A stretch of DNA of 32,000 nucleotides. Source: an uncultured Erysipelotrichaceae bacterium (GTDB lineage: Bacteria > Bacillota_I > Bacilli_A > Erysipelotrichales > Erysipelotrichaceae). The notes beneath the pieces are model-generated. The model saw nothing but the letters and a program-made list of their open reading frames with translations, had not been told where the DNA came from and ran no database searches. A program made the translations under genes and the position numbers. Positions 1 to 9,621 of this stretch are shown piece after piece (within the stretch, counting starts at the first letter, position 1; each line of letters begins with the position of its first letter). Location of the stretch: assembly GCA_964401865.1 (NCBI GenBank), contig CAYNZZ010000001.1, forward strand, positions 30,001 to 62,000. The letters run 5' to 3'.

Positions 1-704
1 ACATATTCATTATCTTCACTGCTTTCTAATATAAAAGCATCTTTTGAAGGATTAAGACCTGCACCGATAGCATAGTTACCATTGATACCCACCAAATCAC
101 CATCATTATTAGTATATGCACTTGTAAGCATTTCAGGATTTACTTCTACAAATTTTAATTTTTTTGGATTTTCTTCAATATCTTCAACTGTTGCATCAAC
201 AACATTAACACCATCTTTTAAAGTAATTAAACCAGCATTTTGAAGCATTGCAAGTAATCTTCCATGATCGGCGATAGAGTTAGAAATCACAACCGTTGCT
301 CCATCTTCAACATCATCAACAGTTTTATATTTTGTTGAATAGAAACCGAATGGTTCAATATGAATTCCGCCAGCATTAACGATATCGTATCCTTTTTCTT
401 CTACTTCACCGTTGAAAAATTTAATATGTTGGAAATAGTTAGCATCTACATCGCCGGAATCTAAGGCTACATTGAAGATGTAATAGTTATCTAAGATTTC
501 GATTTCTAGATCATAACCTTTTTCAGCTAATAAAGGTTTAGCAAATTCCAAAATAGTAGCGTGTGGTTCAGCAGTACAAGACACTACAATCTTTTCTAGT
601 TGTTGATCGACTGTTTTATCGGTGGTTGTAGGGTTGTTGCTGTTAGAATTTGAACAGCCAAACAGTAGTGTAGTAATTAGTAATAAAATAAATATTTTTT
701 TCAT
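1..704 (-). CDS. metQ: Methionine-binding lipoprotein (MetQ/NlpA family), the substrate-binding component of an ABC transporter. It is partial because the C-terminus runs off the window edge.
   Basis: Absent from the ORF track because it is truncated by the window. Minus-strand translation from the ATG at 704-702 gives MKKIFILLLITTLLFGCSNSNSNNPTTTDKTVDQQLEKIVVSCTAEPHATILEFAKPLL... This is a signal peptide with lipobox LFGC followed by the MetQ-like PHA..ILE motif. An SD (aaggag) lies upstream, and the gene is co-oriented directly downstream of metI. Confidence 0.8.
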   Translation of the reverse strand, partial: MKKIFILLLITTLLFGCSNSNSNNPTTTDKTVDQQLEKIVVSCTAEPHATILEFAKPLLAEKGYDLEIEILDNYYIFNVALDSGDVDANYFQHIKFFNGEVEEKGYDIVNAGGIHIEPFGFYSTKYKTVDDVEDGATVVISNSIADHGRLLAMLQNAGLITLKDGVNVVDATVEDIEENPKKLKFVEVNPEMLTSAYTNNDGDLVGINGNYAIGAGLNPSKDAFILESSEDNEY

Positions 705-715
705 GTTTAATCTCC

Positions 716-1384
716 TTATCTTTTATCAACTTTCTTACTTATATAATCTCCCGATATTTGTATCAGAAATACAATAATCATAATCATTACGGTTGAAGTC
801 CACATCAATGGTTCATTTTTTCTGATAATGCCATATTGATACGCTTCAAATCCTAATCCTCCAGCGCCGACAGCACCAGCCATCGTGCTATATGATACTA
901 GGTTAATCGCCGTAACCGCAATAGATGAAATGAGTGTCGGCATACTTTCAGGAATTAATACTTTAAATACAATTTCTAAGTTACTAGCACCAATAGCTTT
1001 CGATGCTTCAATCGTTCCTTTATCAACATCACTAAAAGCCAAGACAACCATTCTGGCAAAAAAAGGAATAGCTGCCAAGGTTAGCGATGGAATAGCTGCC
1101 TTTACGCCGATAGTTGAACCTACTAAGAATTTTGTGAATGGAAGTAACCATATAAGCAATATCAAGTAGGGAACTGATCTGAATATGTTAACTAAACCAT
1201 CAGAGGCAACATTTAATGATCTGCTAATCTTATTTTTTCTTACATTAATAATCCCATTATCACCTGTTATAAAAATAATGATTCCGATGACCGAGCCAAT
1301 TATAACCGCAAGTAATAATGGTACAAAAGTCAAAATTAAAGTTTCGCATAATGGCTCATATAATTTATTAAGTAATTCAATCAT
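716..1384 (-). CDS. metI: Methionine ABC transporter permease
   Basis: 222-aa polytopic ORF with a MetI-type permease signature (...EASKAIGAS..EIVFKVLIPESMP...). It lies between the ATPase and the MetQ lipoprotein genes. Confidence 0.88.
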   Translation of the reverse strand: MIELLNKLYEPLCETLILTFVPLLLAVIIGSVIGIIIFITGDNGIINVRKNKISRSLNVASDGLVNIFRSVPYLILLIWLLPFTKFLVGSTIGVKAAIPSLTLAAIPFFARMVVLAFSDVDKGTIEASKAIGASNLEIVFKVLIPESMPTLISSIAVTAINLVSYSTMAGAVGAGGLGFEAYQYGIIRKNEPLMWTSTVMIMIIVFLIQISGDYISKKVDKR

Positions 1385-1385
1385 C

Positions 1386-2401
1386 TTATACCACCTCTAC
1401 CTTAACTTTTTGCCTTTGCAATTCCTCGACTAAAGGTCCGATATCAGAACGCTCACCGATATGAATATACATTACACCTAATGCTCCGGCTTGCGTATTT
1501 TTAATGTTAGCACTGACGATATTAATAGGAATATTTAATTTAGTAACTACTTCATATAATATCGGTTTTTCACTGGTTTCATTTTCAAAGGTTACTCTTA
1601 GCAAATGCCCATCAGGATATTTTTCTTTTAATTCTCTTGCAAGTTTAACGACATCTACTCCAGTATCTACTGTTTGAATAAGTTCTTTTGTAACTTTATG
1701 AGTAGGGTTAGTGAAAATATTTTCCACCGTATCAATTTCCACAACTTCGCCATTTTTCATCACCGCAAGGCGGTGACATATTTTCTGAACCGTTTCCATC
1801 TGATGAGTTATCATCAAAATTGTAAGATTCATTTCTTTATTAATTTGTTTAAGCAAATCTAATATATCTTCGGTCGTTTTCGGATCTAAAGCGCTGGTAG
1901 CCTCATCACATAACAGAATATCCGGTTTTAAAACAAGTGCTCGAGCAATGGCAACCCTTTGTTTCTGACCACCTGACAAATTACTTGGATAAACATTTAA
2001 TTTATCTTCTAATCCGACTTTAATTGCCATTTGTTTTGCTAATTTTAATCTTTCTTCTTTTTTAATATTGACTATCTCAAGAGGAAAGGCAATATTTTCC
2101 AAAACCGTTCGCGACCACAATAGATTAAAATGTTGAAAGATCATTCCTATTTTGCGTCTTTTTTTCTTAATTCTTTTTCATTTAATTTTGTAATATCATC
2201 ACCATCAATAATAATTTGTCCGCTATCTGCTTTTTCAAGACCATTGACAAGTCTAATAAGCGATGATTTACCAGCTCCTGAATATCCGACGATACCAAAT
2301 ATTTCACTATCTTTGATTTCTAAACTCACATTTTTAACTGCTTCGATAGTTTTATCTTTTGTCACGTATGACTTAGATACATTTCTAATTGATATCATCA
2401 T
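1386..2401 (-). pseudogene. metN: Methionine ABC transporter ATP-binding protein MetN, split into two ORFs (2147-2419 and 1386-2144) by a frameshift in an A7 homopolymer
   Basis: The N-terminal ORF carries Walker A (GYSGAGKSS) and ends ...ELRKKDAK*. The downstream ORF starts MIFQHFNLL and carries LSGGQKQR, Walker B (ILLCDEATSALD) and a C-terminal NIL/ACT-like domain. Reading gaattaagAAAAAAAgacgcaaaataggaatgatc with one extra A restores the canonical ...ELRKKRRKIGMIFQHFNLL. The likely true start is the ATGATG at 2401/2398, after aaggagg. Confidence 0.8.
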
Positions 2402-2418
2402 TTTACCTCCTTTATACA

Positions 2419-2656
2419 TAAAAAGCCGTCCCTAAGGACGACTTATATAATCGTGTTACCACCTTAATTTATAGCCAAAAGCTACCTTCTTCAGATACCA
2501 TCATATCCTAGCACTGTAACGTGTGCAGAAACGTTTGACACTCATCGCATCAACAACTCCAAGACCATCTTCCTTTAATTTTGAATATCTTATTGCACCT
2601 AAACTAAGACTCTCTTAAATTCAATCTTTAAAGTACTCTTCTTTTCAATGTTTTAT
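2419..2656 (-). promoter_or_regulatory. T-box riboswitch leader (probable Met specifier) controlling metNIQ
   Basis: Elements read on the minus strand:
- AG-bulge AGAGAG (rc of about 2611-2616)
- distal-loop GGUGCAA
- candidate specifier AUG in GGAAGAUGG (rc of 2566-2568)
- conserved T-box core GGTGGTAACACGA (rc of 2451-2463)
- terminator GTCGTCC-TTAG-GGACGGC plus TTTTT (rc of 2419-2444), immediately before the metN SD. Confidence 0.8.
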
Positions 2657-2662
2657 GATTTG

Positions 2663-2691
2663 ATTTTAGAGTTATTGAATTTGAATGTCAA
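2663..2691 (-). promoter_or_regulatory. Sigma-70-type promoter for the Met T-box/metNIQ operon
   Basis: On the minus strand, TTGACA (rc of 2686-2691), a 17-nt spacer and TAAAAT (rc of 2663-2668). Confidence 0.55.
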
Positions 2692-2695
2692 TATA

Positions 2696-3214
2696 TTATT
2701 TTTCTTTTTTTCTATTTTTGATTCTATCAGTGATTGCAAGAGTACTACCAATGATTATTAGAATTATTCCAATAGTAGTTGGTGCATAACTTATTATATT
2801 AATTACTTCATTCATATCATTCGTTATCGGATCCATTACAAAGCCACCAAACGGGTTTGTCATCATTTTCCCAACTTTAATAAATGTCAAACCAAAAAGA
2901 CTTAAAATAACACCTTCAATAATCAATTTATAACCATATTTCATCCAATGTTTCTTAAAAAATTTTGTTCCGTATTGAACAGCTTCTAATATATCGTTAT
3001 CACTTTTAATTTCTTTTTGTGTTTTATCCAACAATTCATCGACACTGACATTTAATATTTTAGATAATTCTTGCAAATTATATACATCAGGTAATGAAGT
3101 ATCATTTTCCCATTTTGATATTGTTTGTCTTGATACATTTAATTTATTGGCCAAGTCTTCCTGAGTCATATTCTTCTCTTTTCTAATCGCAGTTATTTTT
3201 TCTCCTATCGTCAT
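2696..3214 (-). CDS. XRE-family helix-turn-helix transcriptional regulator with C-terminal transmembrane segments
   Basis: The N-terminus IRKEKNMTQEDLANKLNVSRQTISKWENDTSLPDVYNLQELSKILNVSVDELL is a classic Cro/C1 HTH_3. The C-terminal half contains hydrophobic helices. Confidence 0.8.
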   Translation of the reverse strand: MTIGEKITAIRKEKNMTQEDLANKLNVSRQTISKWENDTSLPDVYNLQELSKILNVSVDELLDKTQKEIKSDNDILEAVQYGTKFFKKHWMKYGYKLIIEGVILSLFGLTFIKVGKMMTNPFGGFVMDPITNDMNEVINIISYAPTTIGIILIIIGSTLAITDRIKNRKKEK

Positions 3215-3353
3215 ATGATATTCCTCCTAATTTAAAATTATTGTTTTTATATTTTTTTATCTATCAAATTGTATTTAAAATCATGTAAACATTTCTTTAC
3301 ATTCTTAATTTAATCACATTTTTTATCTATTAAATGGTTTATTTTTAATGGAT

Positions 3354-3620
3354 TTATCCATATTTTATCCACAATGATTTTTTAGACTTATCCACATAGT
3401 GTTAATATGTTGATAAATATCTAAATATTGTGATTCATTACTTCTTTTTAAATAATTTTTATCAACATTTTTAGTTGATAACTGTATTTGAAATAACATT
3501 TATCAACATATCTTTAAATTGTGGAAAAGTTACACACTTTCAAAAAGATGTGGATAGCTGTGGAAAAGTTATATTAATTGTTTAATTATATTTGTAATAT
3601 ATCTTTTATTTTGTGGATAA
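3354..3620. other. oriC, dnaA-upstream DnaA-box cluster
   Basis: Plus-strand orientation:
- TTATCCACA at 3365-3373 and 3388-3396
- TTATCCATA at 3354-3362

Inverted orientation:
- TGTGGAAAA at 3520-3528 and 3559-3567
- TGTGGATAG at 3549-3557
- TGTGGATAA (perfect) at 3612-3620

One-mismatch TTATCAACA-type boxes lie at 3408-3416, 3459-3467 and 3500-3508. Gene strand bias switches from minus to plus exactly here. Confidence 0.85.
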
Positions 3621-3698
3621 CTTGTTCACAACAAATTTTATAATAGTAAAATGAAAAAATAGTGACTATAATGATATTACTCATACGAGGTATTATAG

Positions 3699-5048
3699 AT
3701 GACTACAATAAACTACGGACTAGCCGAAATTTGGAATAGAGTTTTAAAAGCTATATCTGAATCTCCACAAATAGAAAATGAAGTCTTAAAATATTTTGAA
3801 GAATCACGTCTTAATTCTTTAGATAATAATGTCGCTACGATAATGGCACCTAATTTTATTTCTATTGTATTGATGAAAGAATATTTACAAACTATCGCTT
3901 TTTATCTAGAAGATATAACAGGAAATCAATTTACTATCAATATCATCAACGCAAAAGAATATATCGATGATTCAATTAATGAAAATAAATCTCCTTTTTT
4001 AACATATGAACTAAATCCTGACTATACTTTTGAAAATTTTGTTGTTGGACGTTCTAATAGTCAAGCTCATGTTGCTGCAACAACTTGTACTAAGAATTTA
4101 GGGATGATATATAATCCATTATTTATTTTTGGGAATACAGGGCTTGGAAAAACACACCTGCTACACGCAATTGGCAATCAAGTAAAATTGGATAATCCTT
4201 CTAAAAAGATAGCTTATATTTCCAGTGAAAACTTCGTTGAAGGAGTTTACCAATCAATTAAAAATAAAAAGATTGATGAATTCAAAATGCAATTTCATAA
4301 TTTAGATTTACTTTTAGTTGATGATATTCAATTCATCGCCGGTAAAAACAAAACTCATGAAATATTCTTTAGTGTTTTTAACGATTTAATTTCTAATCAC
4401 AAACAAGTATGTATTACAGCTGATAAATCACCTAATGACATCGAAGGGCTAGAAGAAAGAATTATTTCTCGTTTCAATCAGGGTTTAAATATCAATATAA
4501 ATAATCTGGAATATGAAACAAGTTTATCAATATTGAAAATGAAATTGTCTAACACATTTTACTTCACTCAAGATATTGATGAAGAAGTTCTATCATATAT
4601 TGCCACTAACTGTTCGCAAAATGTCAGAACATTAGAAGGGGCTTTAAAAAGACTATTATTCTATTCGATCGATTTTTCTAATGAGAGCAGAATTACATTA
4701 AAAGTCGCGGTAGAAGCCTTAAAAGACATAGTCGCTAATTCTAATAATAACGAAATATCAGTTTCTAAGATCAAAAAAGTGATTTGTAATTACTATGGTG
4801 TTTCAAATCAACAGTTAATATCTAAAAATCGCACTAAAAATATTACTAATGCCAGACATATTTCGATGTATTTATGTAGAAAAATTCTTGATCTGCCATA
4901 TAAAGAAATAGGTGATGAATTTGGTAAAAGAGATCATACAACTGTTATGAATGCCTGTGTTAAGGTTGAAAATAATATCAAAACCAATTCTCTATATCAG
5001 AAAGCCGTTGAAGATATCGAAACAAAAATTCAACTTTCTCAACATTAA
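3699..5048 (+). CDS. dnaA: Chromosomal replication initiator protein DnaA
   Basis: 449 aa. Contains Walker A GNTGLGKTHLLHAIGN, LLVDDIQF, and the C-terminal DNA-binding motif RHISMYLCRKILDLPYKEIGDEFGKRDHTTVMNA. Confidence 0.97.
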   Translation: MTTINYGLAEIWNRVLKAISESPQIENEVLKYFEESRLNSLDNNVATIMAPNFISIVLMKEYLQTIAFYLEDITGNQFTINIINAKEYIDDSINENKSPFLTYELNPDYTFENFVVGRSNSQAHVAATTCTKNLGMIYNPLFIFGNTGLGKTHLLHAIGNQVKLDNPSKKIAYISSENFVEGVYQSIKNKKIDEFKMQFHNLDLLLVDDIQFIAGKNKTHEIFFSVFNDLISNHKQVCITADKSPNDIEGLEERIISRFNQGLNININNLEYETSLSILKMKLSNTFYFTQDIDEEVLSYIATNCSQNVRTLEGALKRLLFYSIDFSNESRITLKVAVEALKDIVANSNNNEISVSKIKKVICNYYGVSNQQLISKNRTKNITNARHISMYLCRKILDLPYKEIGDEFGKRDHTTVMNACVKVENNIKTNSLYQKAVEDIETKIQLSQH

Positions 5049-5110
5049 TCAATAAATTATTAAGATTAAAAAAGTGATAAATAATGTTTTATAAAGGGAT
5101 TATCTTGAAC

Positions 5111-5160
5111 TTATCCACATTATCCACAAGCTTAATAATAATTATTTAATAAATATAAAA
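5111..5160. other. oriC, dnaA-dnaN intergenic part: two abutting DnaA boxes plus a candidate DnaA-trio/unwinding region
   Basis: TTATCCACA at 5111-5119 directly abuts TTATCCACA at 5120-5128. After agc come TAA-TAA-TAA (5133-5141) and a pure A/T stretch running to the dnaN SD. Confidence 0.7.
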
Positions 5161-5176
5161 GAAAAAGAGGAGCAAT

Positions 5177-6298
5177 ATGCAATTTAAAATTTCTAAAAAT
5201 GAATTTCTAAAATCTTTAAATCTTGTTTCAAGAGCAGCATCAACAAATACCCCGTTACCTGCATTAAGTGGTATTAAAATTGAAGTAAATGATGAATCCA
5301 TGATTTTAACTGCATCAGATTCTAATATTTCTATCAAATCAATTCTTCTTAAAAGTGATGCTAAAAATGAATTGACAATAACCGAAAAAGGCATTTGTGT
5401 TGTTGACTTCAGATATATATTAGAAATTGCTAGAAAAATAAATGGCAATTATATTTCTTTGGAAATTATGGATGGTACTTTAATTAAAATTGAAGGCGGC
5501 AGTTCTGAATTTAAACTAAATGGTATTCCTAGTGATGAATATCCGGAAATCAGTTTTAATCTTTCTGATAAGAAAATTAAATTTAAGACAAAAATGTTGA
5601 ATGATATCGTTGAACAAACTTCATTCGCTTGTAGTGATAAAGAAACCAAGCCGGCTCTTACTGGTGTTAATCTGATCGCTAAAAACAAAGTTCTGCACGC
5701 CAATGCTACAGATTCATATCGCTTAGCGTCTAAAAACATAGAATTAGATGAAGAATTTGAATTTAATATTACAATTCCATCAAAACATTTAGTTGATGTT
5801 ACTAGGAGTATTCAAGATGAAAGTGAAGTAGAAATATCAATTGATAATCAAAAGATCGCCTTTATATTCGGAAATAATATTATTCAGACTCGTTTGATTG
5901 AAGATTTATATCCTGATACTTCTAGACTTGTTCCACCTAGCTTCGCGCAAACACTAATCGTTAATAGTAAAGATATTTTAAGTGCTATTGATAGAACTTC
6001 ATTTATCAAATCAGATGGTAAAAATGTTGTTAAAATGTCAATAAATTCCGAATCGATGACTATTACTTCTTCAAGTCAAGAAATTGGTTCTTCATTTGAA
6101 ACTATTTCAATTATTGAATATACCGGAAATCCTTTAAATATTTCTTGTAGTGGTAAATATTTAAACGATGCAATTAAAGCTTTAAAAAGTGAAGAAATAG
6201 TAATGAAGTTCAATGGCGATATTAAGCCTATTGTTTTAACTAAAAAAGATGATGATTCAATCTTACAATTAATATCACCTGTCCGTACATATAATTAA
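5177..6298 (+). CDS. dnaN: DNA polymerase III beta subunit (sliding clamp)
   Basis: 373 aa. Contains MQFKISKNEFLKSLNLVSRAAS.., ..ATDSYRLA.. and a C-terminal ..LISPVRTYN. A strong SD (agaggag) is present, and the gene sits after dnaA. Confidence 0.95.
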   Translation: MQFKISKNEFLKSLNLVSRAASTNTPLPALSGIKIEVNDESMILTASDSNISIKSILLKSDAKNELTITEKGICVVDFRYILEIARKINGNYISLEIMDGTLIKIEGGSSEFKLNGIPSDEYPEISFNLSDKKIKFKTKMLNDIVEQTSFACSDKETKPALTGVNLIAKNKVLHANATDSYRLASKNIELDEEFEFNITIPSKHLVDVTRSIQDESEVEISIDNQKIAFIFGNNIIQTRLIEDLYPDTSRLVPPSFAQTLIVNSKDILSAIDRTSFIKSDGKNVVKMSINSESMTITSSSQEIGSSFETISIIEYTGNPLNISCSGKYLNDAIKALKSEEIVMKFNGDIKPIVLTKKDDDSILQLISPVRTYN

Positions 6299-6327
6299 AT
6301 CGTGCTTAGGCGCGATTTTTTATTTTT
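6298..6327 (+). terminator. Rho-independent terminator after dnaN
   Basis: AATCGTGC-ttag-GCGCGATT (8 bp including one G-U) followed by a TTTTTTATTTTT run. Confidence 0.65.
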
Positions 6328-6375
6328 GCATATCCCTACACGATATTTATTTAAACTTCTTTAAAGACCTTTAAA

Positions 6376-6404
6376 TTGAATTATCTTAATAAAAGTAGTA
6401 TAAT
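6376..6404 (+). promoter_or_regulatory. Sigma-70-type promoter for yaaA-recF-gyrB-gyrA
   Basis: TTGAAT (6376-6381), a 17-nt spacer and TATAAT (6399-6404), 12 nt before the yaaA ATG. Confidence 0.55.
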
Positions 6405-6416
6405 TTTAAATGTAAT

Positions 6417-6638
6417 ATGATAAAAAAAATAAAGATTGAAACGGAAATTATTACTTTAGGACAACTTTTAAAATTATTAGATATTATTTCTAGTGGTGGT
6501 CAAGCTACACTTTTTTTAAGTGAACATAAAGTTTATGTAAATGGTAATCTTGAAAACCGTCGCGGAAAAAAACTTTTTATTAATGATGAAATAATCATTG
6601 ATAACATTACCTATAAGGTTGTTGGTAATGATGATTAA
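6417..6638 (+). CDS. yaaA: S4-domain RNA-binding protein YaaA
   Basis: 73 aa in the conserved dnaN-yaaA-recF position, with the S4-like pattern ITLGQLLKL....SGGQA..FL....V.VNG..E.RRGKKL. Confidence 0.85.
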   Translation: MIKKIKIETEIITLGQLLKLLDIISSGGQATLFLSEHKVYVNGNLENRRGKKLFINDEIIIDNITYKVVGNDD

Positions 6639-7695
6639 AAAAATTCATTTACGTGATTATCGAAATATTTCATCAATTGATTTTAATTTGCATCCTAAGT
6701 TAAATATTATTATTGGCGAAAATGGTGCCGGCAAAACAAATATTTTAGAAAGTATGATTGTTGTGTCTAATACTAAGTCTTTTCGTACCATTGATGATAG
6801 AGATTTAATTATGAAAACAAAAGATGCAACTTTAATTGATATTGTAGGTGATAATGATTATCGAGTCGTTGTATCTAATCAAGGAAAAAAACTTTTTATT
6901 AACAGAAAAGCAATCCTAAAGACAAGCAATTTTATCGGCAAATTAAATTGTATTCTATTTAAACCGAGCGATCTTGAACTGTTTAGTCAAAGTTCTAAAG
7001 AAAGAAGAAAAATATTTGATATTGAGATAGGAAAAATTGATAATCAATATCTTAAATCTTTGCTTACTTATACCAAACTGTTGAAAGATAAAAATCATCT
7101 TCTCAAACAGAATAATATTGATGAAAATTATCTAGAGATAGTCGAGGAATCAATGATTTCAAATATTTACTTAATTGAAAAAAGAAGGCAAATATTTATT
7201 GATTATATAAATGGTTGTATTGAAAAAATATATTTTGATTTATCAAATCGCAATGACAAAATTATGATTATATATAAAAAATCCTTTGATATTGATGAAG
7301 ATTTAATTAAAGAATCAATTAAGAAAAATCGTGATAAAGATTTGTTATATAGATATACATTGTTAGGTCCTCATCGTGATGATATTATATTCAAATTCAA
7401 TGATTATCCGATTCAAACTATCGCCTCGCAAGGACAAAAAAGATTAGTAATGATATCATTTAAACTGGCTTTAGCATCTTTTGTTGAAAATGTTACCAAT
7501 AAAAAACCGATTATTTTATTAGATGATATATTATCAGAATTAGATATATATAATCGTCAAAGATTACTAGAAAAAATTAAAAACATTGGACAAACAGTCA
7601 TTACTACAACTGATATTTTGGGATTAAAAAATGTTTCCGATGGTCAAATTATAAAAATTAAGAAAGGAGCACTATATGGCATCGACAAGTGTTAA
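6628..7695 (+). CDS. recF: DNA replication and repair protein RecF
   Basis: The ORF-track start at 6598 is probably too far upstream. The ATGATG at 6628 gives [13 protein letters not shown].., the typical RecF N-terminus. Also present are Walker [13 protein letters not shown], the signature SQGQKR and [10 protein letters not shown]. It overlaps the yaaA stop by 11 nt. Confidence 0.92.
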
Positions 7696-9613
7696 ACATG
7701 ATGATTATTCAGCTAGCGATATACAGGTATTGGAAGGACTTGAAGCAGTCAGAAAAAGACCTGGTATGTATATAGGCACTACAAGTTCTAAAGGACTACA
7801 TCATTTAGTATGGGAAATAGTAGATAACAGTATTGATGAGGTGTTGGCAGGTTATGCAACTACAATCAATATTAATGTTAATCAAGATGATATTGTTTCT
7901 ATCGAAGATGATGGTAGAGGTATGCCAGTACAAATACATGAAAAGACAGGTATTTCAGCAGTTGAAACTATTTTTACTGTTTTACATGCCGGTGGTAAAT
8001 TTGGTGGTGGAGCATATAAAGTTTCAGGTGGTTTGCATGGCGTAGGCGCTTCGGTAGTTAATGCTCTTAGTGAATGGCTGGAGGTCCGCGTTTTTCATGA
8101 GGGCAAAATTTATTATGTTCGTTTTGAAAATGGTGGTCATACAGTTGAACCTTTAAAAATTATTGGTGATTGTGATATTAAAAAACACGGTTCTCTTATA
8201 ACATTTAAAGCTGATCCACAAATCTTTAAAGAAGGTGTGGCTTACGATTATCACACTCTTTACGAAAGATTTAGACAAATGGCTTTCTTAAATAAAGGAG
8301 TTATTATTAATTTCATTTATGAAAAAGGAGAAAAGAAAGAACATACTTTTCATTACGAAGGTGGTTTAAAGGAATATGTTAAATTTTTAAATGAGAATAA
8401 TGAAATTCTTCATAATGAAATTGTTTATTTAGATCAGACTGATGATAATACAAATATCGCTGTGGAAGTTGCGATGCAATACAATACCACTTATAGTTCA
8501 ATGATTTATTCATTCTGTAATAACATCAACACAATTGAAGGTGGAACGCATGAAGAAGGATTTAGATTGGCACTAAATCGAATTATTAATAAATATGCTA
8601 AAGACAATAATTTTTTAAAGAAAGATGATGAAAATTTACAAACGGATGATTTAAAGGAGGGTTTAACCGCTATTATTTCTGTTAAACATCCTGATCCTCA
8701 ATATGAAGGACAAACAAAGGGTAAATTAGGAAATTTTGAAGTTCGTAAGGTTGTATCTGATATTTTTGGTGAGGCTTTGATGAGATTTTTACTTGAAAAT
8801 CCTAATGATGCTAGATTGATTGTCGAAAAAGCAATGGTTGCCGCAAAAGCCAGAATTGCCGCTAAGAAATCAAGAGATTTAACAAGAAGAAAAAATGTTC
8901 TCGAAATATCTTCTCTACCTGGCAAATTAGTTGATTGTTCTTCAAAAGATGCGAGCATATCAGAAATTTATATTGTCGAAGGAGATTCAGCCGGCGGCAG
9001 TGCGAAGATGGGAAGAGATTCTACTTTCCAAGCGGTTTTACCGCTTAGAGGTAAAATCTTAAATGTTGAAAAAGCTAATACTGTTAGAATATTCAATAAT
9101 AATGAAATTCGTTCGATGATTACTGCTTTTGGATGCGGGATGGGTAATGATATTAATCTTGATAAACTTCGTTATCATAAAATTGTAATTATGACCGATG
9201 CCGATGTTGACGGTTCTCATATTTGTACTTTGATGCTTACATTCTTATATCGATTCTTGAGACCGGTAATTGAAGGTGGATATGTTTATATCGCTATGCC
9301 ACCACTATTTAAGCTATATCGTGGTTCAAAAACTTTGAAGTATGTCTATACTGATGAAGAGCTTGAAGAAGCGAAAATTGAATTTCAAAATGAAAAATAC
9401 GATATTCAACGATATAAGGGTTTAGGTGAAATGGATCCTGAACAATTATGGGAAACAACACTTAATCCTGAAGTACGTACTTTAAAAAGAGTATCAATTG
9501 AAGATGCGATGATTGCCGATCAAGTAGTTAGTATGTTGATGTCTGAAAAAGTTGAACCAAGAAAGAATTTCATTGTCGAGAATGCTCATTTTGCTAAGAA
9601 CTTAGATATTTAA
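7676..9613 (+). CDS. gyrB: DNA gyrase subunit B
   Basis: 645 aa. Contains [24 protein letters not shown], the Toprim motif [10 protein letters not shown] and the C-terminal YKGLGEM. SD aaaggag is present. Confidence 0.98.
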
Positions 9614-9621
9614 AGGAGGAA

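Noticed and set aside
885-1433. Plus-strand ORFs 885-1169 and 1185-1433
   Set aside because: They lie antisense within metI/metN, have low-complexity hydrophobic translations and lack an SD. These are shadow ORFs of AT-rich coding sequence.
5146-5739. Minus-strand ORFs 5146-5448 and 5449-5739
   Set aside because: They lie antisense inside the well-supported dnaN gene and are shadow ORFs.
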